The position numbers and the translations under genes are program-made. From contig JBBDRK010000013.1 of NCBI GenBank assembly GCA_040905465.1, forward strand, positions 1-11,338: 11,338 nt of DNA, in the 5' to 3' direction. Source of the stretch: Trueperaceae bacterium (GTDB lineage: Bacteria > Deinococcota > Deinococci > Deinococcales > Trueperaceae). This document shows positions 1 through 7,634 of this stretch, in pieces. The first letter of the stretch is position 1. Every line of letters starts with the position of its first letter. A model generated the notes under the pieces. It was not told the origin of the DNA and did not search any database. It was given only the letters and a program-made list of their open reading frames with translations.

Positions 1-2
1 TC

Positions 3-1454
<1,452 letters not shown>

Positions 1455-1507
1455 TCCAGCCGCCGCCAGCGTTTACCCCTGTTTCAGCGGGTCGCCGGAC
1501 AAACCGA

Positions 1508-2830
1508 TCAGCCAGCCTCCGGCACCGTGCCGGAAAGCCGGTCGCGCAGCAGCGGCTCCAGTTCCGGCCAGTCGATGCCGGTTACCCGTCCGTCGGCCCA
1601 CTGACGGTCGATATCGTCCTGCACCTGGCGAACGACGGGGTGATCCTTGGTCAGCTCGAGGCCAAGATGCTGGCGGATGAGGAAGAGCAGTCCGGCGGCA
1701 CCCGACTGCTTGGTGAGCGAGACCTCGAGCGGACGCCCCAAAAGTCCGGGAACGTCGAACGGAGCGTACATCGGCCAGAACTTGTTGAGGCCGTCGGCGT
1801 GGACTCCTGCCCGGGTACGGTGGGCATCACGCCCATAAAGCGGGTAGCTCGCCGGCAAGCCGTGACCCATCTCCTTGTATAGCTCTGCCAGCGAGTTGAG
1901 GGCATGGAAGTCGGGTGCGAGCCCTTCGTAGTAGCCCATGCCGATGAGATGCAGGAGAACCGCTTCGAGCGGGGCGTTGCCGGTTCGCTCCCCTTTTCCG
2001 AGGCAGGTTCCGTTGATCACGGCACATCCCTCGCGAATGGCCGCCAGGCAGTTGGGGACGATCAGCCAGGTGTCGTTGTGGGGGTGAAACTCCAGGTCTT
2101 CCGGTTCCAGTCCGAGAGCACGCAGTTCCCGAAAGATCCGCGGGACGCTTCTGGGCAAGGCCACATCGTCGTATGGCAGGCCGAGGCCCATCGTGTCGCA
2201 CACCCGGAATTTGGGCCGCAGCTCGCGCCCGTACGAGCCTGCGCTCTCCATTACGGCCTCGACGAACGGGGAGATGAACTCCATCGACGCTCGCGTGGCG
2301 TCCTCGAGGTGCAGCCGCGGCCTTATGCCGGCATCGAGCGCCATCCGCACGGCGTCGAGATACGCTGCAGCGGCGGCGGAGCGCCCTCCCGGCCGGAACT
2401 TGTGGAACGTGTGGTAGTCCGACGCCGAGGCCAGCATTCCGGTTTCCCGGACGCCCAGTTCCCGGATGCGCTCGACATCGGCCTGCAGGGCTCTGATCCA
2501 GGTGGTTGGTTCGATCGGGGCACCTGCCCGGTGACGTTCGAGCGCTCCCGCCAGCGCATCTCGATCGGATGGCCGGTAGGGGAAGAACTCCGCCTGGCGG
2601 ATGGCTCCGGACTCACCGGTGAACTCGCACAGGATGTCGTAGATGCGCAACGACTGGGCAGTGGTGAGCGGCAAGCCGCCCTGTTGGCCGTCCCTGTGAG
2701 TGGTTTCGGTGGTCCAGGCCCCCGCCGGCAGCCCGTTCGGTTTAGGGTCCCACTCGAAGCGGGGGAGAGCGTTCCGGGGGAAGCTGTTCTCGAAGTACTC
2801 CGGTTGCTCGCGGTCAGGAACGCTGTTCAT
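1508..2830 (-). CDS. DRE-TIM acetyl-CoA condensing enzyme, 2-phosphinomethylmalate synthase / Re-citrate synthase clade (440 aa)
   Basis: Motifs ETTHRDGQQ, EPTTWIRA, SDYHTFHKF, HLEDATR, CDTMGLG, HPHND (metal-binding His pair), GERTGNAPLE and RAGVHADG. Start moved from 2857 to the ATG at 2830 because AAGGAG (2842-2837) lies 6 nt upstream. Confidence 0.88.
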   Translation of the reverse strand: MNSVPDREQPEYFENSFPRNALPRFEWDPKPNGLPAGAWTTETTHRDGQQGGLPLTTAQSLRIYDILCEFTGESGAIRQAEFFPYRPSDRDALAGALERHRAGAPIEPTTWIRALQADVERIRELGVRETGMLASASDYHTFHKFRPGGRSAAAAAYLDAVRMALDAGIRPRLHLEDATRASMEFISPFVEAVMESAGSYGRELRPKFRVCDTMGLGLPYDDVALPRSVPRIFRELRALGLEPEDLEFHPHNDTWLIVPNCLAAIREGCAVINGTCLGKGERTGNAPLEAVLLHLIGMGYYEGLAPDFHALNSLAELYKEMGHGLPASYPLYGRDAHRTRAGVHADGLNKFWPMYAPFDVPGLLGRPLEVSLTKQSGAAGLLFLIRQHLGLELTKDHPVVRQVQDDIDRQWADGRVTGIDWPELEPLLRDRLSGTVPEAG

Positions 2831-2836
2831 CGCGCA

Positions 2837-2842
2837 CTCCTT
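2837..2842 (-). promoter_or_regulatory. Shine-Dalgarno site of the DRE-TIM synthase gene
   Basis: AAGGAG 6 nt before ATG 2830, within the 23-nt gap after the GntR stop. Confidence 0.75.
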
Positions 2843-2853
2843 GCTCCGATGCA

Positions 2854-3486
2854 TCAATCGGCAGCGGCGGGAAACTCTGGTCCGTAGGCCAGATAGGCGG
2901 GAAGAGGGCGGTCGGAAGCGGCGCCGGCGGGCGGCTCAGCGAACCTGCCGGTGAGTTGCGGGTCGACCACCGTCAGGTGATAGTCCACGCTGACGTACTC
3001 GGCCGGCGTGAGAGGGACGCACAGCACGGAAGATCCGAGGGCGCTGCCGGCCCGCCGTGCCAGATCGGCCGCTCGCAGGCCGGTGGCGGCCAGGACCGCG
3101 ACCTTCAGGCGTGGTGCCTCCGGTCGAATGACGCCGTGCACTGCTATCGCACGCACCAGGTCTGCCGGATCGAGCCCGGCGGCTCGTGCTCGCTCCGCCG
3201 CCTCGGCGGCCAGCCGGCCGACCAGTGCCCGCTCGAGCCGGCGGGGAGGCGACGGCGCCACCGTGGTACCGGCGCGCTTGCGCTGGGTCAGGTAGCCATC
3301 TTTCTCGAGCGCCCGGTAAGCGCCGGCGATGGTGTTGGGGTTTACCTCCAACCGGTCGGCGGCGTCCTTGATGGTGGGAAGCGAATCGCCGGGTTCCAGT
3401 TCGGCGGTCTCGATCAGCAGGCGGATCTGTTCGGTGAGCTGCTCGTGCAACGGCAGCGGGCTCTGGCGGTCGATTACCAATCGCAT
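2854..3486 (-). CDS. GntR-family transcriptional regulator (YtrA-like wHTH with C-terminal extension, 210 aa)
   Basis: N-terminal IDRQSPLPLHEQL...LEPGDSLPTIKDAADRLEVNPNTIAGAYRALEKDGYL...RAGTTV is a GntR/YtrA winged HTH. It is followed by a short helical dimerisation segment and about 85 extra residues. Confidence 0.92.
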   Translation of the reverse strand: MRLVIDRQSPLPLHEQLTEQIRLLIETAELEPGDSLPTIKDAADRLEVNPNTIAGAYRALEKDGYLTQRKRAGTTVAPSPPRRLERALVGRLAAEAAERARAAGLDPADLVRAIAVHGVIRPEAPRLKVAVLAATGLRAADLARRAGSALGSSVLCVPLTPAEYVSVDYHLTVVDPQLTGRFAEPPAGAASDRPLPAYLAYGPEFPAAAD

Positions 3487-3491
3487 GAACT

Positions 3492-3521
3492 ATTTTCACC
3501 ACCAGGCTAGTTGTTAGTCAA
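3492..3521 (-). promoter_or_regulatory. Putative sigma70 promoter for a leaderless gntR-synthase transcript
   Basis: The minus strand reads TTGACT (3521-3516), N18, GAAAAT (3497-3492), 5 nt, then ATG 3486. There is no SD, and the region is AT-richer than its flanks. The -10 is imperfect. Confidence 0.5.
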
Positions 3522-3580
3522 GCTTTTCGTCCGCTATTACCGGTTGTTACCACTGGTCCGCTAATCTTTCCGTTGGTGCA

Positions 3581-3602
3581 ATCGGAACCGCCGGGCTCCG
3601 AT
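3581..3602 (-). terminator. Stem-loop downstream of the comB-like gene (possible terminator or 3' stabiliser)
   Basis: The minus strand reads ATCGGAGCC-CGGC-GGTTCCGAT, a 9-bp stem with one G-U pair, about 37 nt after the stop. No U tract follows. Confidence 0.35.
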
Positions 3603-3639
3603 ATCGGTCGATGTGCGGACCCTCAGTCGCTAGTAACCC

Positions 3640-4371
3640 TCAAACCACGGTGGGCATTCGAAGCGGCTCGTCCACGAATGTCGCCGGTCGGCGCAGGGAG
3701 CGAATCGGGACGACGCAGGACCTGTTGAGCGCGGCCGCGAACTCGATGTCGGCGGTGAATCCCAGCTGCGCCAAGGTACGTCCGTGGCCGGTGGACATGA
3801 GCGACGCGCCCAGACCAGGACTCGACTCCAGCGCCAACAGCGCGAGTCTGGCGCCATCGTCCAGAGCCGCCTCCGGTTCCAGTTTCAGAAGCTCACGTGC
3901 GATCGAACCCGCGGCGAGGACATCGTCGAACGAGAGCCTGTTCCCAGTGCCGGCACATACCAGTGAGATGCGGTCCTGACTCAGCGAGACCGCCGATTGT
4001 GCCACCGCCCGGGCGTTGTTGATGCAACCCAGGAGGAGTTCGTCCGCTCCGGCGACCTCCTCGACGGCCCGCGACCCGTTGCTGGAACACAGAACGGCGC
4101 ACATCCCCTTCAGATCGCGTCCGACGTACTCGAGGGGCGAGTTCCCGCCGTCGAATCCGTCCAGCTCGACTCCTCCCCGCTCACCAACCAGCAGGGCGCC
4201 TCGAACCGCGGCCAGCTCACGGGCCGCGCCTATGTCCGCCACGACCATCAGCTCTTGCAGGCCGCTCTCGAACAACGCCGCGGCGGTGGTCGTCATGCGC
4301 AGGACGTCGATCACTACGACCACGTCGCCCGACACCTCTGCCGGCAGGTTGTGGCACTCGATCCTCAGCAA
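3640..4371 (-). CDS. comB: 2-phosphosulfolactate phosphatase family protein (ComB-like)
   Basis: Motifs VVVIDVLRMTTT, GERGG, FDGGNSP, SSNGS, LVCAG and SFDD..AAG match the ComB pattern. The TTG start has no clear SD, so the start is uncertain. The substrate is not established. Confidence 0.85.
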   Translation of the reverse strand: MLRIECHNLPAEVSGDVVVVIDVLRMTTTAAALFESGLQELMVVADIGAARELAAVRGALLVGERGGVELDGFDGGNSPLEYVGRDLKGMCAVLCSSNGSRAVEEVAGADELLLGCINNARAVAQSAVSLSQDRISLVCAGTGNRLSFDDVLAAGSIARELLKLEPEAALDDGARLALLALESSPGLGASLMSTGHGRTLAQLGFTADIEFAAALNRSCVVPIRSLRRPATFVDEPLRMPTVV

Positions 4372-4393
4372 GGAGCCGGTGCTTCGGGCCGAT

Positions 4394-4876
4394 TCAGCCG
4401 GCGCGCCAGGGATGCCACATCGACTCCTCGTCGGGCAGAGCGTGTCCGGACGTCTTCAGCGCCAGCAGGATCTGCCCGCGATGGTGGGCGTCGTGGACCA
4501 GCATGTGGATGAGATACATCTCCGGGCTGGCGTGGGGCAGCTCCCCCCGTTCACCGGCAGGCGCGTTCACCGCTTCGGCGAGCGCCACGGTGCGGGTCTC
4601 CCTGGCAACCTGGCCGATGCGCCCGGTGTCGGTTTCCGGGATCCACTGGTCGCCGACCCTCTCCGCCAGGTCCGGCAGCTCGGCGAGCCGATCCGGTTTC
4701 AGCTCCATGCCCCAGTGCTTGACCGTCCCGGTGATGTGGGCCAGATGCTCGGCCACCGTCATTCCGCCCCCGGGGGTGCGCGCCTGCAGCATGGCGGCGT
4801 CGAGGTGCTCGATCAGGGCGCCGTTGACCTCGTCGTTCGCCTGCCAGGCGATCTTCAGCGTTTCTCCTGCAGCCAT
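4394..4876 (-). CDS. DinB/YfiT-superfamily four-helix-bundle protein (160 aa)
   Basis: TVAEHLAH and HMLVHDAHHRGQI give the His metal triad of DinB proteins. SD AGGAGG lies at 4889-4884. Confidence 0.88.
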   Translation of the reverse strand: MAAGETLKIAWQANDEVNGALIEHLDAAMLQARTPGGGMTVAEHLAHITGTVKHWGMELKPDRLAELPDLAERVGDQWIPETDTGRIGQVARETRTVALAEAVNAPAGERGELPHASPEMYLIHMLVHDAHHRGQILLALKTSGHALPDEESMWHPWRAG

Positions 4877-4912
4877 CTCACGACCTCCTGGTGCCTGCCC
4901 CGAAGCGCGTCG

Positions 4913-4921
4913 AGTCTACCA
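4913..4921 (-). promoter_or_regulatory. Putative extended -10 promoter for the dinB-comB unit
   Basis: The minus strand reads TG-G-TAGACT (TGnTAnnnT), 36 nt upstream of the DinB ATG, in a 107-nt intergenic gap. Confidence 0.5.
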
Positions 4922-4983
4922 CCGCCGGCGCTCACGAGCGGGGGCGTCGTCCGGAACGCCCGCCGTGTCACCAGCGTCGACAT

Positions 4984-6315
4984 TCAGTTCTTCTCCATCA
5001 GCAGATCTATCAACAGAGCGGCGCTCCACGAAAATCCGGCGGCGCCGCACGGCGAGCCGTCGCGTGGATCGTAGTACTCGACGAATCCCGACCGTTCCAC
5101 GAGCTCGATGGTATCGCGCCGGATCGCGGCTGCCTCCTCTAAGTAGCCGTATTCGCGCAGCCCGCTTATCAACAGCCAGTTGATGTTGAGCCAGATCGGG
5201 CCGCGCCAGTAGCGGCGCGGTTCGAAGTAAGGGCTGCTCTTGCTGACAGACGGCAGGAAGTAACGGCTGCCTTCGCCCGGTGCGTAGCGCCCCGGGTCCA
5301 GCAGTTGATGGCGAACCAGCCGGCCGGCCTTGTCGGCATCGGCCACGCCGGCATACAGCGGCATCAACGCGGCGCAGGTACTCTCCTCTATCGCCCTGCC
5401 GGCGCGTACGTCCCAGTCGTAATAGAGGCCGGCGGACTCGTGCCACAGGCGCCGATCGAAAGCGGACGCGGCCGCGGCCAGCCAGCCGTCGATTTCCGCT
5501 ACAGGCTCGCCCAACCGCTCGGCCAGTACCCGCAGGTCGCGTTCGTCGCGATACACCAGCGAGTTGAACAGAACGTCCTGAACCAGAAAAGGCGCCTCGC
5601 GGTAAACGGTTTCGTCGTCCCAGCGCTGAGCTCGGTAGCGGCCGATCAGATACATGAATCGGTCGTAATCCCCCGCCTCCGGGCGCTCGCCCGGCTTTAC
5701 GAAGTGCTGGTCCTGCCGCGAGTAGGGCGGCGCGGCCACCTCTCCCAGGCGCTCCAGCGGAGCGGCGAAGCGCGTCGAGTTGTCGGTACCGGACTCCCAT
5801 GGATGGATGATCGCGATCAGCCCGGTTCCGTCCGGATCGCGTGCGCCGTGCAGCCAGCGATGCCAGGCGAGCAGCGACGGGTAGACCTCGCGGGCGAACG
5901 CGGCCGCCTCCTCGTCGTCGGCACGCTCGTACAGGCGCCGAACCGCAGAGGCCACCAGCGGGGGTTGGGTGAACCCGGAAGTTTCGATCGGGGGCCCGCC
6001 GGGCGCGCCTCGGGTTTGCCAGAACTCGGGCGTCGGAAAGTAGTTGGACGCCCCGTGGGGGTAGAGGATGTGGGGAACCATCCCGTTTGCCCATTGGGCG
6101 CGCAGCAGGGTTCGCAGCTCGTCGAATGCCCGCCGCCGGTCGATATGGCCCAGCCCGACGGCGATGAAGGCGGAATCCCAGTTCCATTGGTGCGGGTACT
6201 GGCCCGCGCTCGGTTTGGTGAACAGGCCGGTGTGGTTGTCAGCCAGGATCGTCGCCGCCCGCTCGATAAGCCGGTCGTACCGCGCTTCGCTGTCGCTGTC
6301 GTCAATTTCTGACAT
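4984..6315 (-). CDS. GH63-like (alpha/alpha)6 glycoside hydrolase, glucosylglycerate/mannosylglycerate hydrolase type (443 aa)
   Basis: Motifs YPHQWNWDSAF, GMVPHI, TSGFTQPP, IIHPWESGTDNS, YWRGPIWLNINWL, GFVEYYDP and FSWSAAL are characteristic of the MgH/GgH group. No signal peptide. AAGGAAGG lies upstream. Confidence 0.85.
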   Translation of the reverse strand: MSEIDDSDSEARYDRLIERAATILADNHTGLFTKPSAGQYPHQWNWDSAFIAVGLGHIDRRRAFDELRTLLRAQWANGMVPHILYPHGASNYFPTPEFWQTRGAPGGPPIETSGFTQPPLVASAVRRLYERADDEEAAAFAREVYPSLLAWHRWLHGARDPDGTGLIAIIHPWESGTDNSTRFAAPLERLGEVAAPPYSRQDQHFVKPGERPEAGDYDRFMYLIGRYRAQRWDDETVYREAPFLVQDVLFNSLVYRDERDLRVLAERLGEPVAEIDGWLAAAASAFDRRLWHESAGLYYDWDVRAGRAIEESTCAALMPLYAGVADADKAGRLVRHQLLDPGRYAPGEGSRYFLPSVSKSSPYFEPRRYWRGPIWLNINWLLISGLREYGYLEEAAAIRRDTIELVERSGFVEYYDPRDGSPCGAAGFSWSAALLIDLLMEKN

Positions 6316-6365
6316 TCACCGGTGACCTTCCTTCGTTCACGACGCCCCGCGCGACCTGCTGCGGC

Positions 6366-7634
6366 TCATCCCTTCACGCTTCCGGCAGTCAGTCCGCCGA
6401 CCAGATACCGTTCGAACCAGAAGAAGAGCACCATCACCGGCAAGGTGACTATCACCGCTCCGGCCATCAGGTACTGGCGGGGCACCTCCTGGGAATTGAG
6501 GTTGACCATTCCGCGCGGAAGTGTGAACAGCGCAGGCGAATCCAGGAACATGAAGGCGAACAGGAACTCGTTCCAGGCGATCATGAACACGTACAGTCCC
6601 ACCGAGGCGATCGCCGGCAACGCCAGCGGCAGGGTTATGCGCCAGATGACGCCGCCGCGGGTACAGCCGTCGATCAGCCCGGCTTCCTCCAGGTCGGCAG
6701 GCAACGTCTGGAAGTAACTCCGCAGCATGTAGAGAGCCACCGGTATCGTGGTCGCGGGATAGACGATCAACAGCCCCTGAAGTGTGTCGCGCAGGCCCAC
6801 CTGGGTGAACAGGCTGTACAGCGGCACCACCAGGACGATGGCCGGAAACATGTAGATGAGCAGGATCGACCTCGACAGAGTCTCCCGTCCCGGGAACCGC
6901 AGGCGGGTGACGGCGTAGGCACCCAATATCGCGAGGGTCAACGTGATGATCACGGTTGCCAGGGCGACAAGGGTGCTGTTGAGGATGTAGTTGGCGAAGT
7001 CGAATCTCACCAGCACCTCGCGGTACCCGACCAGCAACTCCGAGAAGCCGCGGCTGAAGTCGATGTTCAGTAGCGTGGGATCACGCAGGAACTCGGCGCG
7101 AGGCTTGAGGCTCGATACCACCATGAAGTAGAAGGGAAAGACCACGATCGACAGGAAGAAGACGAACCCGGCACCTCGCAGCAGCCGCAGAACCAACATC
7201 TCCAGACGGTCGCGCCGCAGGCCGACCAGTTCGATGTCGCGAAGCGAGTAGCGCGTCAGGTGCGCCGCCGCGAACGAGGCCCCGCCCACGCCGAGCAGGC
7301 TCCAGTGACTGGCGGCCGGCCCCATGCCGAACGGATCGAAGCCCGCCCAGGCGAACCAGGCCACGGCAAGCGCTGCTCCGAGACCGAGCGCCGCCGATGG
7401 CGGAGTGTCCTGGTCGCGGCGCACCAGCCCGGCGCCGGCACCGAGCAGCAGGCCCAACAGCAGGGGTTGCTCCACGGCCAGGCGGGGATCGAAGCGGGTG
7501 AGGATGCTCAGCAGGAACACCAGAACGCCGGCGACTGTCACCGTTGAAGCCGTGCCCATGATGGCAGCGGCCAGCAAGCCGACGTTCAGCGCTCTTGCCA
7601 GCCGGGTCCGTTTCGACTCCCTCACCCGTTGCAC
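6366..7634 (-). CDS. Carbohydrate ABC transporter permease, MalG/YcjP-like, with N-terminal membrane extension (422 aa)
   Basis: FPFYFMVVSSLK, NSTLVA, EAA loop LEEAGLIDG, AWNEFLFA and the C-terminal GLTAGSVKG. The GTG start directly abuts the upstream TAG, and GGAGG lies in the end of the upstream gene. Confidence 0.92.
   Translation of the reverse strand: MQRVRESKRTRLARALNVGLLAAAIMGTASTVTVAGVLVFLLSILTRFDPRLAVEQPLLLGLLLGAGAGLVRRDQDTPPSAALGLGAALAVAWFAWAGFDPFGMGPAASHWSLLGVGGASFAAAHLTRYSLRDIELVGLRRDRLEMLVLRLLRGAGFVFFLSIVVFPFYFMVVSSLKPRAEFLRDPTLLNIDFSRGFSELLVGYREVLVRFDFANYILNSTLVALATVIITLTLAILGAYAVTRLRFPGRETLSRSILLIYMFPAIVLVVPLYSLFTQVGLRDTLQGLLIVYPATTIPVALYMLRSYFQTLPADLEEAGLIDGCTRGGVIWRITLPLALPAIASVGLYVFMIAWNEFLFAFMFLDSPALFTLPRGMVNLNSQEVPRQYLMAGAVIVTLPVMVLFFWFERYLVGGLTAGSVKG

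Noticed and set aside
1455-1507. Bidirectional terminator between the convergent uvrA-like and synthase genes
   Set aside because: No convincing stem-loop with a U tract was found on either strand.
2831-2857. Longer synthase start (MMHRSKECA...) overlapping the GntR stop
   Set aside because: The SD position and recalled homologue N-termini favour ATG 2830.
1904-2887. 327-aa + strand ORF
   Set aside because: Antisense shadow of the synthase gene with no recognisable domain.
1508-4876. Complete phosphonate or coenzyme M biosynthetic cluster
   Set aside because: No pepM, phosphonopyruvate decarboxylase, aconitase-like gene or comA/C/D/E is present in the window. Only single homologues are seen.
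4016-5074. 352-aa + strand ORF spanning comB, dinB and the intergenic regions
   Set aside because: Low-complexity antisense frame across two genes with clear family motifs.
4916-6312. Alternative long ORFs 4916..6187 (-) and 5305..6312 (+)
   Set aside because: Arg/Pro-rich off-frame or antisense shadows of the GH63 gene.
6316-6325. Palindrome TCACCGGTGA immediately before the hydrolase ATG
   Set aside because: Only 10 bp. TCACCGGTGA also occurs inside a coding region near 2613, so it is plausible by chance in GC-rich DNA.
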